The translations under genes were made by a program, and so were the position numbers. The notes below the pieces were generated by a model. That model saw only the letters and a list, made by a program, of their open reading frames with translations. It was not told the origin of the DNA and searched no databases. Positions 29,034 through 38,635 of a stretch of 64,000 bases of DNA are shown one piece after another (the first letter of the stretch is position 1; each line of letters opens with the position of its first letter). Where the stretch lies: assembly GCA_047611725.1 (NCBI GenBank), contig JBLFWR010000002.1:26607-90606 (forward strand). The letters run 5' to 3'. This stretch comes from Candidatus Binatia bacterium (GTDB lineage: Bacteria; Desulfobacterota; Binatia; UBA1149; CAITLU01).

Positions 29034-29375
29034 GTGTCGCAAGCGCGAAAGCGAGCACACGCCTACTGGCGTGCAAATCTGAAAGTTCTGGCCATTCTAC
29101 TATCGGCCTGGTTTCTCGCCGGGTTCGTACTGAGCATCATGCTGGTCGAGCCACTGAACACAATGCACGTGGCTGGATTCCCTCTTGGTTTCTGGTTCGC
29201 CCAACAAGGCGCCATTGTCGTGTTCGTCTTTCTCATCCTGATCTATGCGTGCTGGATGGATGCAATCGAATCCCGCATGGCGGCCGACGCCCGTGCTGAT
29301 GGTGCTAATGCTGATAGCGCTGCTGAAGGCTCAAACTCCGACGTAAACTCCGACGTAAAGGCCGGCCAACGATGA
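29034..29375 (+). CDS. DUF4212 small membrane protein (putative subunit of solute:sodium symporter)
   Basis: Two-TM protein RAHAYWRANLKVLAILLSAWFLAGFVLSIMLV...PLGFWFAQQGAIVVFVFLILIYACWMD; GTG start with AGAGGAGAG RBS; ATGA overlap with symporter. Confidence 0.8.
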   Translation: MSQARKRAHAYWRANLKVLAILLSAWFLAGFVLSIMLVEPLNTMHVAGFPLGFWFAQQGAIVVFVFLILIYACWMDAIESRMAADARADGANADSAAEGSNSDVNSDVKAGQR

Positions 29376-31057
29376 GCATCCAAGTCTGGACCTACCTCAT
29401 CGTCGCAGTGACGTTCGCCCTGTACATCGGCATCGCCTTTTGGACTCGTGTGCGTACGACGTCGGACTTCTATGTCGCGGGTCAGGGTGTACCAGCGTTG
29501 GCTAACGGCATGGCCACGGGTGCGGATTGGATGAGCGCGGCCTCGTTCATTTCGATGGCCGGCCTGATCAGTTTCATGGGCTACGATGGTTCGATCTACT
29601 TGTTGGGCTGGACCGGCGGGTATGTGCTTCTAGCTCTGCTTCTCGTTCCCTACCTTCGAAAGTTCGGAAAGTTCACCGTCCCGGACTTTGTAGGCGATCG
29701 ATACTACTCACAGACCGCGCGAGTCGTGGCTGTAGTCTGCGCCGTATTCATCTCGTTTACCTATGTCGCCGGACAGATGCGTGGCGTTGGCGTCGTGTTC
29801 TCGCGTTTTTTGGAAGTTGACATCAACACCGGAGTTTTCATCGGCGTTAGTATTGTCCTCGTGTACGCAACTTTGGGCGGAATGCGCGGCATCACTTACA
29901 CTCAGGTGGCACAGTACTGTGTGTTGATCGTCGCCTATTTGATTCCAGCCGTAGCCATTTCGCTGAAAATGACAGGCAACCCGATCCCTCAAATCGGGTT
30001 CGGCAGCGAACTCATAGAAGGCCCCAACGCGGGGCGTTTTCTGCTCGAAGCCATCGACGGCATCCACTCCGATTTGGGCCTACCCGAATACACCGGGGCC
30101 TTTGTGGCTGGCAAGAAATCGATGGTCGACATGTTGGCGATTACGGCCGCGTTGATGGTAGGCACCGCCGGCCTGCCCCACGTCCTGATCCGCTTCTACA
30201 CGGTCAAGAGTGCGCGGGCTGCGCGTTGGAGCGCGTTCTATGCCCTGATTTTCATCGCTCTGCTGTATACGGCAGCCCCCGCCGTAGCAGCGTTCGCCCG
30301 CGTGAATCTGATCCAGACGCTTCATCAGCAAAGCTATGACGAAGCGCCCACTTGGTTCCGCAACTGGGAAGCCACCGGCCTGATCCGCTTCACCGACCGC
30401 AACGGCGATGGGTTGATCCAATACAGTGAGGACCCCGCCACACGAGAGCTCGAGATCGACCGCGACATCATGGTTCTCGCGAACCCGGAGATCGCGCAAC
30501 TACCGCCTTGGGTCATCGCACTGGTTGCAGCCGGCGGGTTGGCGGCTGCGTTGTCGACCGCCGCGGGCCTATTGCTCGTTATCTCAGCATCAATTTCGCA
30601 CGATCTTGTGAAGTCGATTTTCATGCCCCACATGACCGACGAAGCCGAGTTACGTGTAGCCCGAATTTCCGCAGGCGGAGCCGTAATCATCGCAGGCTAT
30701 TTCGGAATCCACCCTCCCGACTACGTGGCTGCTGTGGTCGCGTTCGCCTTCGGGCTTGCCGCTGCCAGCTTCTTCCCGGTGCTTGTTCTCGGAATTTTCA
30801 GCAAGCGTGTGACCAAAGAAGGGGCCATCGCCGGTATGGTGACCGGCATCGGCTTCACCGCCAGCTACATCATGTGGTTCAAAATCCTCGGCCGCGGCAC
30901 ACCGGAAGACTGGCTGTTCGGAATTTCACCGGAAGGAATCGGCACCGTCGGCATGCTCCTGAACTTCATCGTCGCAATCGCAATCAGCGCCGTCACCCCT
31001 CCACCACCACAGCACGTGCAGGATATGGTGGAGAGAATTCGGTTACCGAGTGCTTAG
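29372..31057 (+). CDS. Sodium:solute symporter family protein (VC_2705/ActP-like)
   Basis: 561 aa, ~13 TM; SSF signature and conserved pairing with DUF4212. Confidence 0.88.
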   Translation: MSIQVWTYLIVAVTFALYIGIAFWTRVRTTSDFYVAGQGVPALANGMATGADWMSAASFISMAGLISFMGYDGSIYLLGWTGGYVLLALLLVPYLRKFGKFTVPDFVGDRYYSQTARVVAVVCAVFISFTYVAGQMRGVGVVFSRFLEVDINTGVFIGVSIVLVYATLGGMRGITYTQVAQYCVLIVAYLIPAVAISLKMTGNPIPQIGFGSELIEGPNAGRFLLEAIDGIHSDLGLPEYTGAFVAGKKSMVDMLAITAALMVGTAGLPHVLIRFYTVKSARAARWSAFYALIFIALLYTAAPAVAAFARVNLIQTLHQQSYDEAPTWFRNWEATGLIRFTDRNGDGLIQYSEDPATRELEIDRDIMVLANPEIAQLPPWVIALVAAGGLAAALSTAAGLLLVISASISHDLVKSIFMPHMTDEAELRVARISAGGAVIIAGYFGIHPPDYVAAVVAFAFGLAAASFFPVLVLGIFSKRVTKEGAIAGMVTGIGFTASYIMWFKILGRGTPEDWLFGISPEGIGTVGMLLNFIVAIAISAVTPPPPQHVQDMVERIRLPSA

Positions 31058-31100
31058 GCCTGCCGAATTGCGCGTGGGTGTCACCCACGCGCTCATTTCC

Positions 31101-31132
31101 TAACCGCCGCCAACAGTCTGCGCAGACTGTTG
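31101..31132. repeat. Palindromic repeat copy A (TAACCGCCGC + CAACAGTCTGCGCAGACTGTTG)
   Basis: Perfect 22-bp palindrome also present at ~32340, ~33844 and as variants at ~32295 and ~33925. Confidence 0.7.
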
Positions 31133-31280
31133 AGAAATCTCGCCCAAGTGGGGCTTCCGGACGCAGAAAGAAAGCGCGATCCTGGCAATGCTGGCGACGC
31201 TGAGCCTAGGAGTCGCGGCGTAAACGGAGCAACACGTCGGCGCACTCCCCCACCCCCTGCTCACATGCTACCGTCGTCCG

Positions 31281-31766
31281 ATGATCGGCGCCGACATACC
31301 CAAGATCATTGAGCGATCGTTCCCTTCCAGGTACGAACCGATCCGCGAGAGCCTTACTAAATGCTTTACTGCAGCGGGGATCTCGCTGGCCGTAGTGCAC
31401 GGATCGCAGGCGCAGGGCCGTGCTCATGAGGCGAGCGATCTTGACGTGGGCTTGCTCGGCGCCCAAGGCGAGCCGCTGTCTTACTCGAGAATGGGCCGAC
31501 TTGCGGCAGATCTGTCCGAACTGCTTTCGACGAAAGTTGACGTGAGCGATCTTGCGACCACCGATGCTATTTTTCGCTTCGAAGTCGCGAAGTGCGCGCG
31601 GGTGCTGTTCGAAGAAGGGCCGAAATCTTTCAGCGATTTTCTCGCCAAAACTCTCATCGACTACGCCGACATTCAGCGCTTTGTGCCAGAACTCGTGGCA
31701 GGCGTGGCACGGAAAGCCCGACGCCAATCCCGACTCTCCAACCGCACGAAAGGATCGAAGGCATGA
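31281..31766 (+). CDS. Nucleotidyltransferase (MNT) antitoxin of HepT/MNT type VII TA module
   Basis: LAVVHGSQAQGRAHEASDLDVGLL polymerase-beta-type NTase motif (GS...DLDV); ATGA overlap with hepT. Confidence 0.75.
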   Translation: MIGADIPKIIERSFPSRYEPIRESLTKCFTAAGISLAVVHGSQAQGRAHEASDLDVGLLGAQGEPLSYSRMGRLAADLSELLSTKVDVSDLATTDAIFRFEVAKCARVLFEEGPKSFSDFLAKTLIDYADIQRFVPELVAGVARKARRQSRLSNRTKGSKA

Positions 31767-32185
31767 GCGGCGAGATACTCGCCCGCAAAGTTGCCGCAAT
31801 TCAGACACGCACGACGCGCGTCCGCGAACTTTTTCCGCGAACCGTGGAAGAGTTTCTCTCCCGACGCACCGAGGCAGAGGCTCTACTATTGAATCTGTTT
31901 CTCGCGCTTCAGGAGTGCAACGATTTGGCGCTCCACTTAATCGCCGATCTCGGTCTCGGTGTTCCAGGGGAGCCCCTCGCCGCGTTCGAAGCCCTTGCAC
32001 GTGCCGATGTGATCACTGCAGAATTGGCACGGAAACTTGGCGCGGCGGTCGGGCTGCGCAACCGCATAGCTCACGAGTACGGCGGGTTAGATCTTGCGAA
32101 GGTGTACGAGGCAGTTCGTCATGACCTCGGGGACTTGGATGACTTCGCGTCGGCGGTAGCAGCTGCTCGTCTCCCGGAAGATTGA
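31763..32185 (+). CDS. HepT-like RNase toxin (DUF86)
   Basis: Rx4HxY motif RNRIAHEY near C-terminus; 140 aa. Confidence 0.8.
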   Translation: MSGEILARKVAAIQTRTTRVRELFPRTVEEFLSRRTEAEALLLNLFLALQECNDLALHLIADLGLGVPGEPLAAFEALARADVITAELARKLGAAVGLRNRIAHEYGGLDLAKVYEAVRHDLGDLDDFASAVAAARLPED

Positions 32186-32258
32186 GATTCAGAAACGCGG
32201 ACGCGCATGCCAGAACCGGGTACGACCGTGGCGACGGCGCAAGGTCAAACACGAGAGG

Positions 32259-32365
32259 CGGCAGCTACCCTGACACCTGGGGCCTAGCCGCCATCAACAG
32301 TCTGCGCCGACTATTGGCAATTCTGACGGCCTAACTACCGGCAACAGTCTGCGCAGACTGTTGCC
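32259..32365. repeat. Composite repeat copy B: GGCAGCTACCCTGACACCTGGGGCC + degenerate palindrome + perfect palindrome GGCAACAGTCTGCGCAGACTGTTGCC (overlaps 3' end of HNH gene)
   Basis: Same modules as copies A and C; palindrome encodes the last residues (QQSAQTVAGS) of HNH ORF. Confidence 0.7.
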
Positions 32366-33527
32366 GACCGCGCCCGCGCTTGGCTCGCATGAAGCTTCGG
32401 CCGAAATCGAGGTCAGCCTGATATTGGTTATGCCCGTGGCAGCGCAGTTCGATGTTCCCGAGTTCGTGCTGCCCGCCACGCCCGAAGGGCATTTTGTGAT
32501 GGAATTCCAGGTTACGTGTCGCGCGACACCGATGGCCGTTGTCATCTTCGAATCTGCAACGCCCGACATCCCGCAGCCAAACCGCGCGGCGTAGAGCTGC
32601 CGGGATGGCTCGGGTTCGAAGTTCTTTCGTGGTGACAGTTCCAGACTTTCGGACTGTGTTAGGCTGTCGCTGCGTTCGCGGCCGATCCACGAGAGCCGCT
32701 TTCTTCTTCAAGGTTTCCGCGAGCAGCAGATCGATGGCGCGACTGATGATGGCTGCGGGGTCCTCCGCAGCTGTGTGACTCAACAAATCTTCAAGGGCCC
32801 GAAGCTTGTCGTGGGTCTGCTGATCGACAGTTATTTCAACTTTGTAGCGACGCGGGGCCAACGGTGTGACCCGACCACGAGCCGCCGTCGGGCGTGTGCC
32901 AGCAGCGGGCAACGATAGACTCCGCGAATTGGACCCCGGCACGGCTTGCGACACTTCTCCGAGTCGAGTTGTCGTTGGCGACTCGACTCGGGGCTCACTG
33001 TTCGTCGACGCCCTGGGGCCGTCGCGGTTCACAACAGGCAACGCTCGAACCCGTGATGGGACATCAGGCTGCGGCGCAATCCGGGCGATCAAACATTCTA
33101 TCTCCCGCGCACTCTTGTGTCGCGCACAGGAAAGAACCTCGCGGTGATTGGCCTCGGTCAAATGCTTGGCAAGTAAATGCACCGCCGTCAGATGCAGCTC
33201 CCCACGCTCAATCATTTCCAACACGACAGGAAATCGACGAGCCACGCGCGCCGCCCAAATTCGTTTCGCAGTCATCCCTTCGGACATGTGGTAGCGCTGC
33301 ATGCAAAACGTGAACATCGACGAACAAGCATGCTTCGCCCAAAGTTTGCGCTCATCGATCTCGCTCATCGCGACCAACAGTTGAACGGTGTTGTGGCGCC
33401 CCTCCGCGATCACACGTGCGAAGTGATCGAGTAGTTTTTGTTCACAGAGTTCGGAAAGATTGGAGAGAGGCTGCTGCGAGTTGTTCATACAGCAATCGTA
33501 ACATGGGTTTTCAGGCGGGCTTTTCAT
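32331..33527 (-). CDS. HNH endonuclease with N-terminal DUF222-like domain (REP13E12-type family)
   Basis: C-terminal HNH: CRFEDDNGHRCRATRNLEFHHKMPFGRGGQHELGNIELRCHGHNQYQ; long helical N-domain typical of DUF222. Confidence 0.8.
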   Translation of the reverse strand: MKSPPENPCYDCCMNNSQQPLSNLSELCEQKLLDHFARVIAEGRHNTVQLLVAMSEIDERKLWAKHACSSMFTFCMQRYHMSEGMTAKRIWAARVARRFPVVLEMIERGELHLTAVHLLAKHLTEANHREVLSCARHKSAREIECLIARIAPQPDVPSRVRALPVVNRDGPRASTNSEPRVESPTTTRLGEVSQAVPGSNSRSLSLPAAGTRPTAARGRVTPLAPRRYKVEITVDQQTHDKLRALEDLLSHTAAEDPAAIISRAIDLLLAETLKKKAALVDRPRTQRQPNTVRKSGTVTTKELRTRAIPAALRRAVWLRDVGRCRFEDDNGHRCRATRNLEFHHKMPFGRGGQHELGNIELRCHGHNQYQADLDFGRSFMRAKRGRGRQQSAQTVAGS

Positions 33528-33528
33528 C

Positions 33529-33552
33529 GTGTCTACGCTCGAGCGTAGACAC
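33529..33552. promoter_or_regulatory. Perfect 24-bp palindrome GTGTCTACGCTCGAGCGTAGACAC immediately upstream of HNH gene start
   Basis: Seen directly; candidate operator or bidirectional terminator. Confidence 0.4.
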
Positions 33553-33843
33553 GCTAGAAGAACGCGCTACGCCGCCGCTAGTCGTCTATTGGAAAATTCA
33601 GGTCAAAAGTTCCACGACCGCCGATGGTCGTCCGGTACACGCAAAATGACGACGCCCAAAAGGCTGTCAAGAAAATTCGGCGGTACGGACCTGGCACGCG
33701 CGATTCTATGACATCAATGGCTTAACGAGGAGTTTGCCGAAATGGTGGAAGTTCTTTCGGTGGCTAGAGAACCTAAAGCCCATTCTTCGTTTGATCGCGC
33801 ACCCGGCAATCGCTCGCCAGCACCGGGCAGGACTTACCGACTT

Positions 33844-33950
33844 CAACAGTCTGCGCAGACTGTTGGCAGCTACCCTGACAGCTGGAGCCTCGCACCTGGG
33901 GCTAACACCCAGGAAACCACTCCCGGCAACAGTCCGCGCGGACTGTTGCC
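33844..33950. repeat. Composite repeat copy C: perfect palindrome + GGCAGCTACCCTGACAGCTGGAGCC + CACCTGGGGC + variant palindrome GGCAACAGTCCGCGCGGACTGTTGCC
   Basis: Shares both modules with copy B in rearranged order. Confidence 0.7.
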
Positions 33951-34217
33951 GTTGGCAGTCGATAGTTGGATGCAAAAGTTTGCCGCCTCGGCGGTGCTCG
34001 GTCCGACCAATAGCGCCAAGCCTAAAATTCCTGCCACGATCGCACCAAAAAACTTTGTACCTATTCTCGTAGTCATTTCGGTTCTCCTGTTTTGGGACAC
34101 CCCTTTTGGGCTGCTCCCCCTTTAATCAACCACTGCACCGTTCACGATGTAGGCGTTCAAAAAGGTAGAACCGTTGTTCACTGCATGTGAACGAACTCGC
34201 GTCACAGCGCGATCGCG

Positions 34218-34841
34218 TTATTTTCGTCGTTTCCGGGCGGGGCTCTCGGGCTTTTTTGGCAGCTGACGTAAGCCCATCCAAGCAAGCGCCGCGATGTGAC
34301 TCGCTACGATTTCGACCGACGGCTTGCGTACGTTCACCCACCATTGGCCGACAAACGAAACCATGCCGACCAGAGCATGCGCATAAATAGGAGCGACCCT
34401 GGGGCTGTATCCGGCGGCCTTGAATGTGCTCGCGAAGACATCGCTCACCCTCTCGGCAACTTCATTGAGGACACTGGAAAGCGTTCCATCGTCACTACCG
34501 GACGGTTTGTCGTGTGACAGAACCGCGAAGCCTTCGGGGTTGTCCTTGACGTACTCCAGAAATGCCAAAGCAGCGGCCTCGACACGTTCGCGAGGCTCAC
34601 CAATAGAAATCGCGTCAGAGATCATCGTAACGACGTAGTCGATCTCACGATCAACCACGACGGCGTAAAGCCCCTCTTTGCCACCAAAGTGCTGGTAGAG
34701 GATTGGCTTTGAGACCTTGGCCCGCTCGGCAATCTCCTCAACAGTGATCCCCTCGAAGCCTTTTTCGGCGAATGCTTTGCGGCCAACATCGATGAGCTGG
34801 GCCCGGCGCGCGGCTGCGGGAAGTTTTTTTGTACCTGCCAT
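34218..34841 (-). CDS. TetR/AcrR-family transcriptional regulator
   Basis: N-terminal HTH KGFEGITVEEIAERAKVSKPILYQHFGGKEGLY; divergent from desaturase. Confidence 0.85.
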   Translation of the reverse strand: MAGTKKLPAAARRAQLIDVGRKAFAEKGFEGITVEEIAERAKVSKPILYQHFGGKEGLYAVVVDREIDYVVTMISDAISIGEPRERVEAAALAFLEYVKDNPEGFAVLSHDKPSGSDDGTLSSVLNEVAERVSDVFASTFKAAGYSPRVAPIYAHALVGMVSFVGQWWVNVRKPSVEIVASHIAALAWMGLRQLPKKPESPARKRRK

Positions 34842-34963
34842 GGTTGACAACCATACTACGGATCCGTAAGTTACGGAAACGTAACATAACGCTTGCGTAA
34901 CTTTAGATCCGGCGCCCCCGCCCCCCACAAGGTGGGCACGCGCGCCGACCGGGAGAAAATCAC

Positions 34964-35761
34964 ATGTATATTCTGGCCTGTCTGACCGTCCTGCTCGTCA
35001 CCTACTTGATCAACACCACCACCATCACGGTCCTGTATCACCGCGGCCTCGCCCATGGCGCCGTAGCCTTGAGCCCAAAAACCCGCAAATTCACCGCCAC
35101 TATGGGAGTCTGGCTAACCGGCCTGGATCCGAAAGGTTGGGTCTGCATGCACCGCCAGCATCATGATTTTTCCGACACCGCCGACGACCCGCATAGCCCG
35201 GTTCACTATGGACTGTTTGGTGTGTTGCTCGGCCAACTTCGATCCTACGAGCGCACGCTCGTAGGCCTTGCCAAGCGCAACCCCACCTACAGCGACGTTG
35301 TCGAAGACCTCGACTTTCCGCTTAGTTGGGTGACCCGCAACGGCATCTGGTATCTCCCCTATCTGGTCCACTTCGCAGTCGCTCTCAGCCTCGGTCTTGT
35401 AGGTGGGTGGTGGTTGCTGGGCGCATGCTACTTTGGCGGCATGATGAGCCATCCAGTAGAAGGCTGGATCGTCAACTCTCTTGGCCATGCTGTTGGCGGT
35501 CGTAATTTTGAGACCAACGACAACTCACGCAACAACCACCTCGCCGCATGGCTGATTTTGGGAGAAGGGTTCCAGAACAACCATCATCGCTATCCGGCCT
35601 CCGCGCGATTCTCTTATCAAAAATGGGAAGTCGATCTCGGCTACGCAGTTTGCCTAACGCTGGAAATGATCGGCGTTCTAGAGATCCAGCGAGACAGCTT
35701 GATACCGAGACCGGCACGTTCGACTGAAGAGACGACGCTGGCTGCGCAAATCGCCGGATAA
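34964..35761 (+). CDS. Acyl-CoA/acyl-lipid delta-9-type fatty-acid desaturase
   Basis: His boxes HRGLAH, HRQHH, and C-terminal NNHH; 4 TM. Confidence 0.85.
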   Translation: MYILACLTVLLVTYLINTTTITVLYHRGLAHGAVALSPKTRKFTATMGVWLTGLDPKGWVCMHRQHHDFSDTADDPHSPVHYGLFGVLLGQLRSYERTLVGLAKRNPTYSDVVEDLDFPLSWVTRNGIWYLPYLVHFAVALSLGLVGGWWLLGACYFGGMMSHPVEGWIVNSLGHAVGGRNFETNDNSRNNHLAAWLILGEGFQNNHHRYPASARFSYQKWEVDLGYAVCLTLEMIGVLEIQRDSLIPRPARSTEETTLAAQIAG

Positions 35762-35795
35762 CGGAACTGTCCGCGTAGAAAAAGGAGATCCGACA

Positions 35796-36698
35796 ATGAC
35801 CTCATACGAACTGAAGACCGTTACGATTCATGGTCATGAAGTTGGTTACCGTCGCGCGGGACAAGGACCGGCAATCTTGCTCATCCATGGGATGGCCGGA
35901 AGCTCGCGAACTTGGGAAGAAGTCATTCCCCTGCTCGCGCGCAACCACACCGTAATTGCCCCCGACCTGCTCGGCCACGGCGAATCGGCCAAGCCGCTGG
36001 GCGACTATTCATTGGGCTCGCACGCCAGCGGTCTTCGCGACATGCTCGCCATTCTCGGAATCGAGCGGGCGACGATCGTCGGGCAATCGCTGGGCGGTGG
36101 TGTCGCGATGCAGTTAGCCTACCAACACCCAGAGCTAGCCGAGCGGTTGGTCTTGGTAGGATCCGGCGGCCTGGGCCAGGAAGTGAGCTGGATGATTCGC
36201 CTGTTTTCCCTGCCGGGCAGCGAGTATCTGATGCCGCTGATTTTCCCGTCTTTCATTCGCGAGCAGGGCGACAAACTCGCCCAGTGGTTCAAGGATCAAG
36301 GATGGTCGGCACCTCACCTCGCCGAAATTTGGCGCGCCTATACATCGTTGGCTGAGCCAGAAAATCGACACGCCTTCGTGCGCACCCTACGGGCAGTTGT
36401 CGATCCCTGGGGCCAAGCCGTCAGTGCAACCGATCGTCTCTATCTAACTGGTGGGGTTCCCGTGCTGATCGTGTGGGGCGACAAGGACAGAATCATTCCC
36501 GTGGCCCATGCCTACGCTGCACACGAAGCAATGCCGGGAAGCAGACTGGAGATCGTCGAAAACGCTGGGCACTTTGTTCACGTGGAAAAACCAGTGTGGT
36601 TTGCGGATTTACTCACGGAGTTCGTCGACACGACCGAAGCGGCAACTGCTAGCTTCGACGGGTTTAGGGAGCTGTTGCTCGGCGACAAGTGCGCCTAG
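35796..36698 (+). CDS. Alpha/beta-fold hydrolase
   Basis: LLIHGMAGS oxyanion region, nucleophile elbow GQSLGG, C-terminal His. Confidence 0.85.
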   Translation: MTSYELKTVTIHGHEVGYRRAGQGPAILLIHGMAGSSRTWEEVIPLLARNHTVIAPDLLGHGESAKPLGDYSLGSHASGLRDMLAILGIERATIVGQSLGGGVAMQLAYQHPELAERLVLVGSGGLGQEVSWMIRLFSLPGSEYLMPLIFPSFIREQGDKLAQWFKDQGWSAPHLAEIWRAYTSLAEPENRHAFVRTLRAVVDPWGQAVSATDRLYLTGGVPVLIVWGDKDRIIPVAHAYAAHEAMPGSRLEIVENAGHFVHVEKPVWFADLLTEFVDTTEAATASFDGFRELLLGDKCA

Positions 36699-36734
36699 AA
36701 GGCTAGCTGGGCAGCCGGGCTACTCAGCAGGCTG

Positions 36735-38423
36735 CTACTTAATGCCGGCCGCGGCCTCGACCACGTTGAAGGAATGGTCTCCCATCTTCTCGAAACTGCT
36801 CAGCATGTCGCTAAAGATGATCCCGCTTAGCGGATCGCAAAGTCCCTCCGACACTCGCTTCATGTGAGCCTGCCGGAAACGTTCTCGCATTTCGTTGAGA
36901 AGGTTCTCCCTTTCCTTTCCTTCGGGCATTGGATCTCGCCCTGGAGTCAGGATCGTCTTCTTCATCGCAGCCAGATTGGCTTCGGCTGTCTCCGCGATCT
37001 CGCGAACCTCGTCCATCGCTTCATCGCTGAAGCCGGTGGGCGCCTGAGTGAGTTTTCCGAGCAACATAGCGACCTTCTCGCCATGATCCCCGATTCTCTC
37101 CAGGTCGTTGATCATGCTCATCAGCGAAAGCACCTGGCGAGTTGCAGCGGTGGAAAGCTGACCGTGTACAAGCTGAGCCAAGTACTCGTTGATCTTGTGT
37201 TCGAGAACGTCGGTCGCGGTTTCATCCGCTTGAATTTTTTCGAGCAGCGGCGGCAACTCTTCGGGCGACGCATCCAGCGCTCTCCGAATTCGGCCGAGCA
37301 TTTTCACCGTCACGCGAGCCATGCGATCGACCTCTCGAGACGCTGCGGTGATGGCCAACTCGGGCGTATCACCAAAGGCAGTGGTCAGGTAGATCAGGTC
37401 GTGCTCGTTCTCCTCCTCCTCAAGCGTATGCGGCATGAGGCGAACGATAAGCTTCTCGAAAGGCGTGGTCAGCGGCAAAAACACCACGGTGTTAAGAACA
37501 TTGAACGTGGTGTGGAACGCTGCGATGTGCGTCGGTATCGCAACCAGTAACGATTGAGGGCCCGTGCCATACGGATCACCGGGAACAATCGAATCCACGA
37601 ACGCCAAAAAGGGTGCGAGCAGAAAAACCGGCCAGATAGAACCGATCAGGTTGAACAAAACGTGAGCCAGAGCGGCACGGCGCGCGACCAGCGGTGCACC
37701 GATCGCAGCCAACGCAGCGGTCACCGTGGTTCCGATGTTCTGCCCGAGGGCAATCGCACAGGCGGTTGGGAAGTCGATGTAGCCCTTGGCCGCCGCCGTC
37801 AGGGTGATTGCCATGGATGCGCTGGAAGACTGGACAATCACCGTAATCACGGTCCCGAAAAGAACCGCGGAGACCAGACCAAGCACCGTGTCCGGCTCCA
37901 ACTGCGCGAGCCATGCCGTGACCTGAGGCGCGTTTCCGACATCAGGAATCGCATGCTTGAGCAGATCGAGACCGAGAAACAGCAACCCGAAGCCAACCAG
38001 AACCTGGCCAAGTTTGTGCGGCGTGCTCCAGCGCTTGATAAACTGGGAGAAGAAACCGATTCCGATTAACGGTACCGCAAACTCCGCAATCTTAACTTTG
38101 AAGCCGAGCAACGAGACCAGCCAGGCAGTCGTCGTTGTTCCAATGTTGGCACCAAAGATCACGCCGAGGCTCTGGCTTAGATTGAGCAAGCCGGAACTGC
38201 AGAACGCCACTACCATGACGGTCGTCGCACTCGAAGACTGCACCGCGCAAGTGACCAGGAAGCCCGAGATGGTCCCCATCACGCGATTGTCAGTCGCCTT
38301 CGCCAAGATCGAACGTAAGCTTGAGCCCGCAGCCTTCTGAAGGCCCTCGCTCATCACCTTTAGTCCGTAGAGAAAGACGCCCAGCGCTCCGAGAATCTCC
38401 AAGCCATAATAAAGGACAGTCAT
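36735..38423 (-). CDS. Na/Pi cotransporter family protein with C-terminal PhoU-like domain
   Basis: Duplicated Na/Pi-cotransporter II-related TM repeats, then soluble PhoU-like helical domain. Confidence 0.85.
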   Translation of the reverse strand: MTVLYYGLEILGALGVFLYGLKVMSEGLQKAAGSSLRSILAKATDNRVMGTISGFLVTCAVQSSSATTVMVVAFCSSGLLNLSQSLGVIFGANIGTTTTAWLVSLLGFKVKIAEFAVPLIGIGFFSQFIKRWSTPHKLGQVLVGFGLLFLGLDLLKHAIPDVGNAPQVTAWLAQLEPDTVLGLVSAVLFGTVITVIVQSSSASMAITLTAAAKGYIDFPTACAIALGQNIGTTVTAALAAIGAPLVARRAALAHVLFNLIGSIWPVFLLAPFLAFVDSIVPGDPYGTGPQSLLVAIPTHIAAFHTTFNVLNTVVFLPLTTPFEKLIVRLMPHTLEEEENEHDLIYLTTAFGDTPELAITAASREVDRMARVTVKMLGRIRRALDASPEELPPLLEKIQADETATDVLEHKINEYLAQLVHGQLSTAATRQVLSLMSMINDLERIGDHGEKVAMLLGKLTQAPTGFSDEAMDEVREIAETAEANLAAMKKTILTPGRDPMPEGKERENLLNEMRERFRQAHMKRVSEGLCDPLSGIIFSDMLSSFEKMGDHSFNVVEAAAGIK

Positions 38424-38635
38424 CTAGTTCGATTTCCTTGGCGGGGGGCGGCGCTCAATTCGCAGCCAGCCACCCGTTCTTGGCGGCCATCGACACCCAC
38501 GGTCATCTTCATGTCCGCCAACCAGCGCGGTGCCAAACGGATCGCCGGAATCTATACACAGGCATTCCACAGGGTCGGTCGATGACCTGTGTTTTCGCCG
38601 GAGAAAACCAGCTGGCAGGCGGGCCTGCGGGCTCT

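Noticed and set aside
30508-31203. 231-aa plus-strand ORF overlapping the symporter gene and palindrome A
   Set aside because: Arg/His-rich nonsense translation in alternate frame of a well-supported transporter gene; its 'QQSAQTV' end is just the palindromic repeat.
33870-34100. 76-aa minus-strand ORF with hydrophobic N-terminus (MTTRIGTKFFGAIVAGILGLALLVGPSTAEA)
   Set aside because: Most of its length is the translated composite repeat C (NGNSPRGLLPG...), so the ORF is probably fortuitous; kept only as part of the repeat-islet finding.
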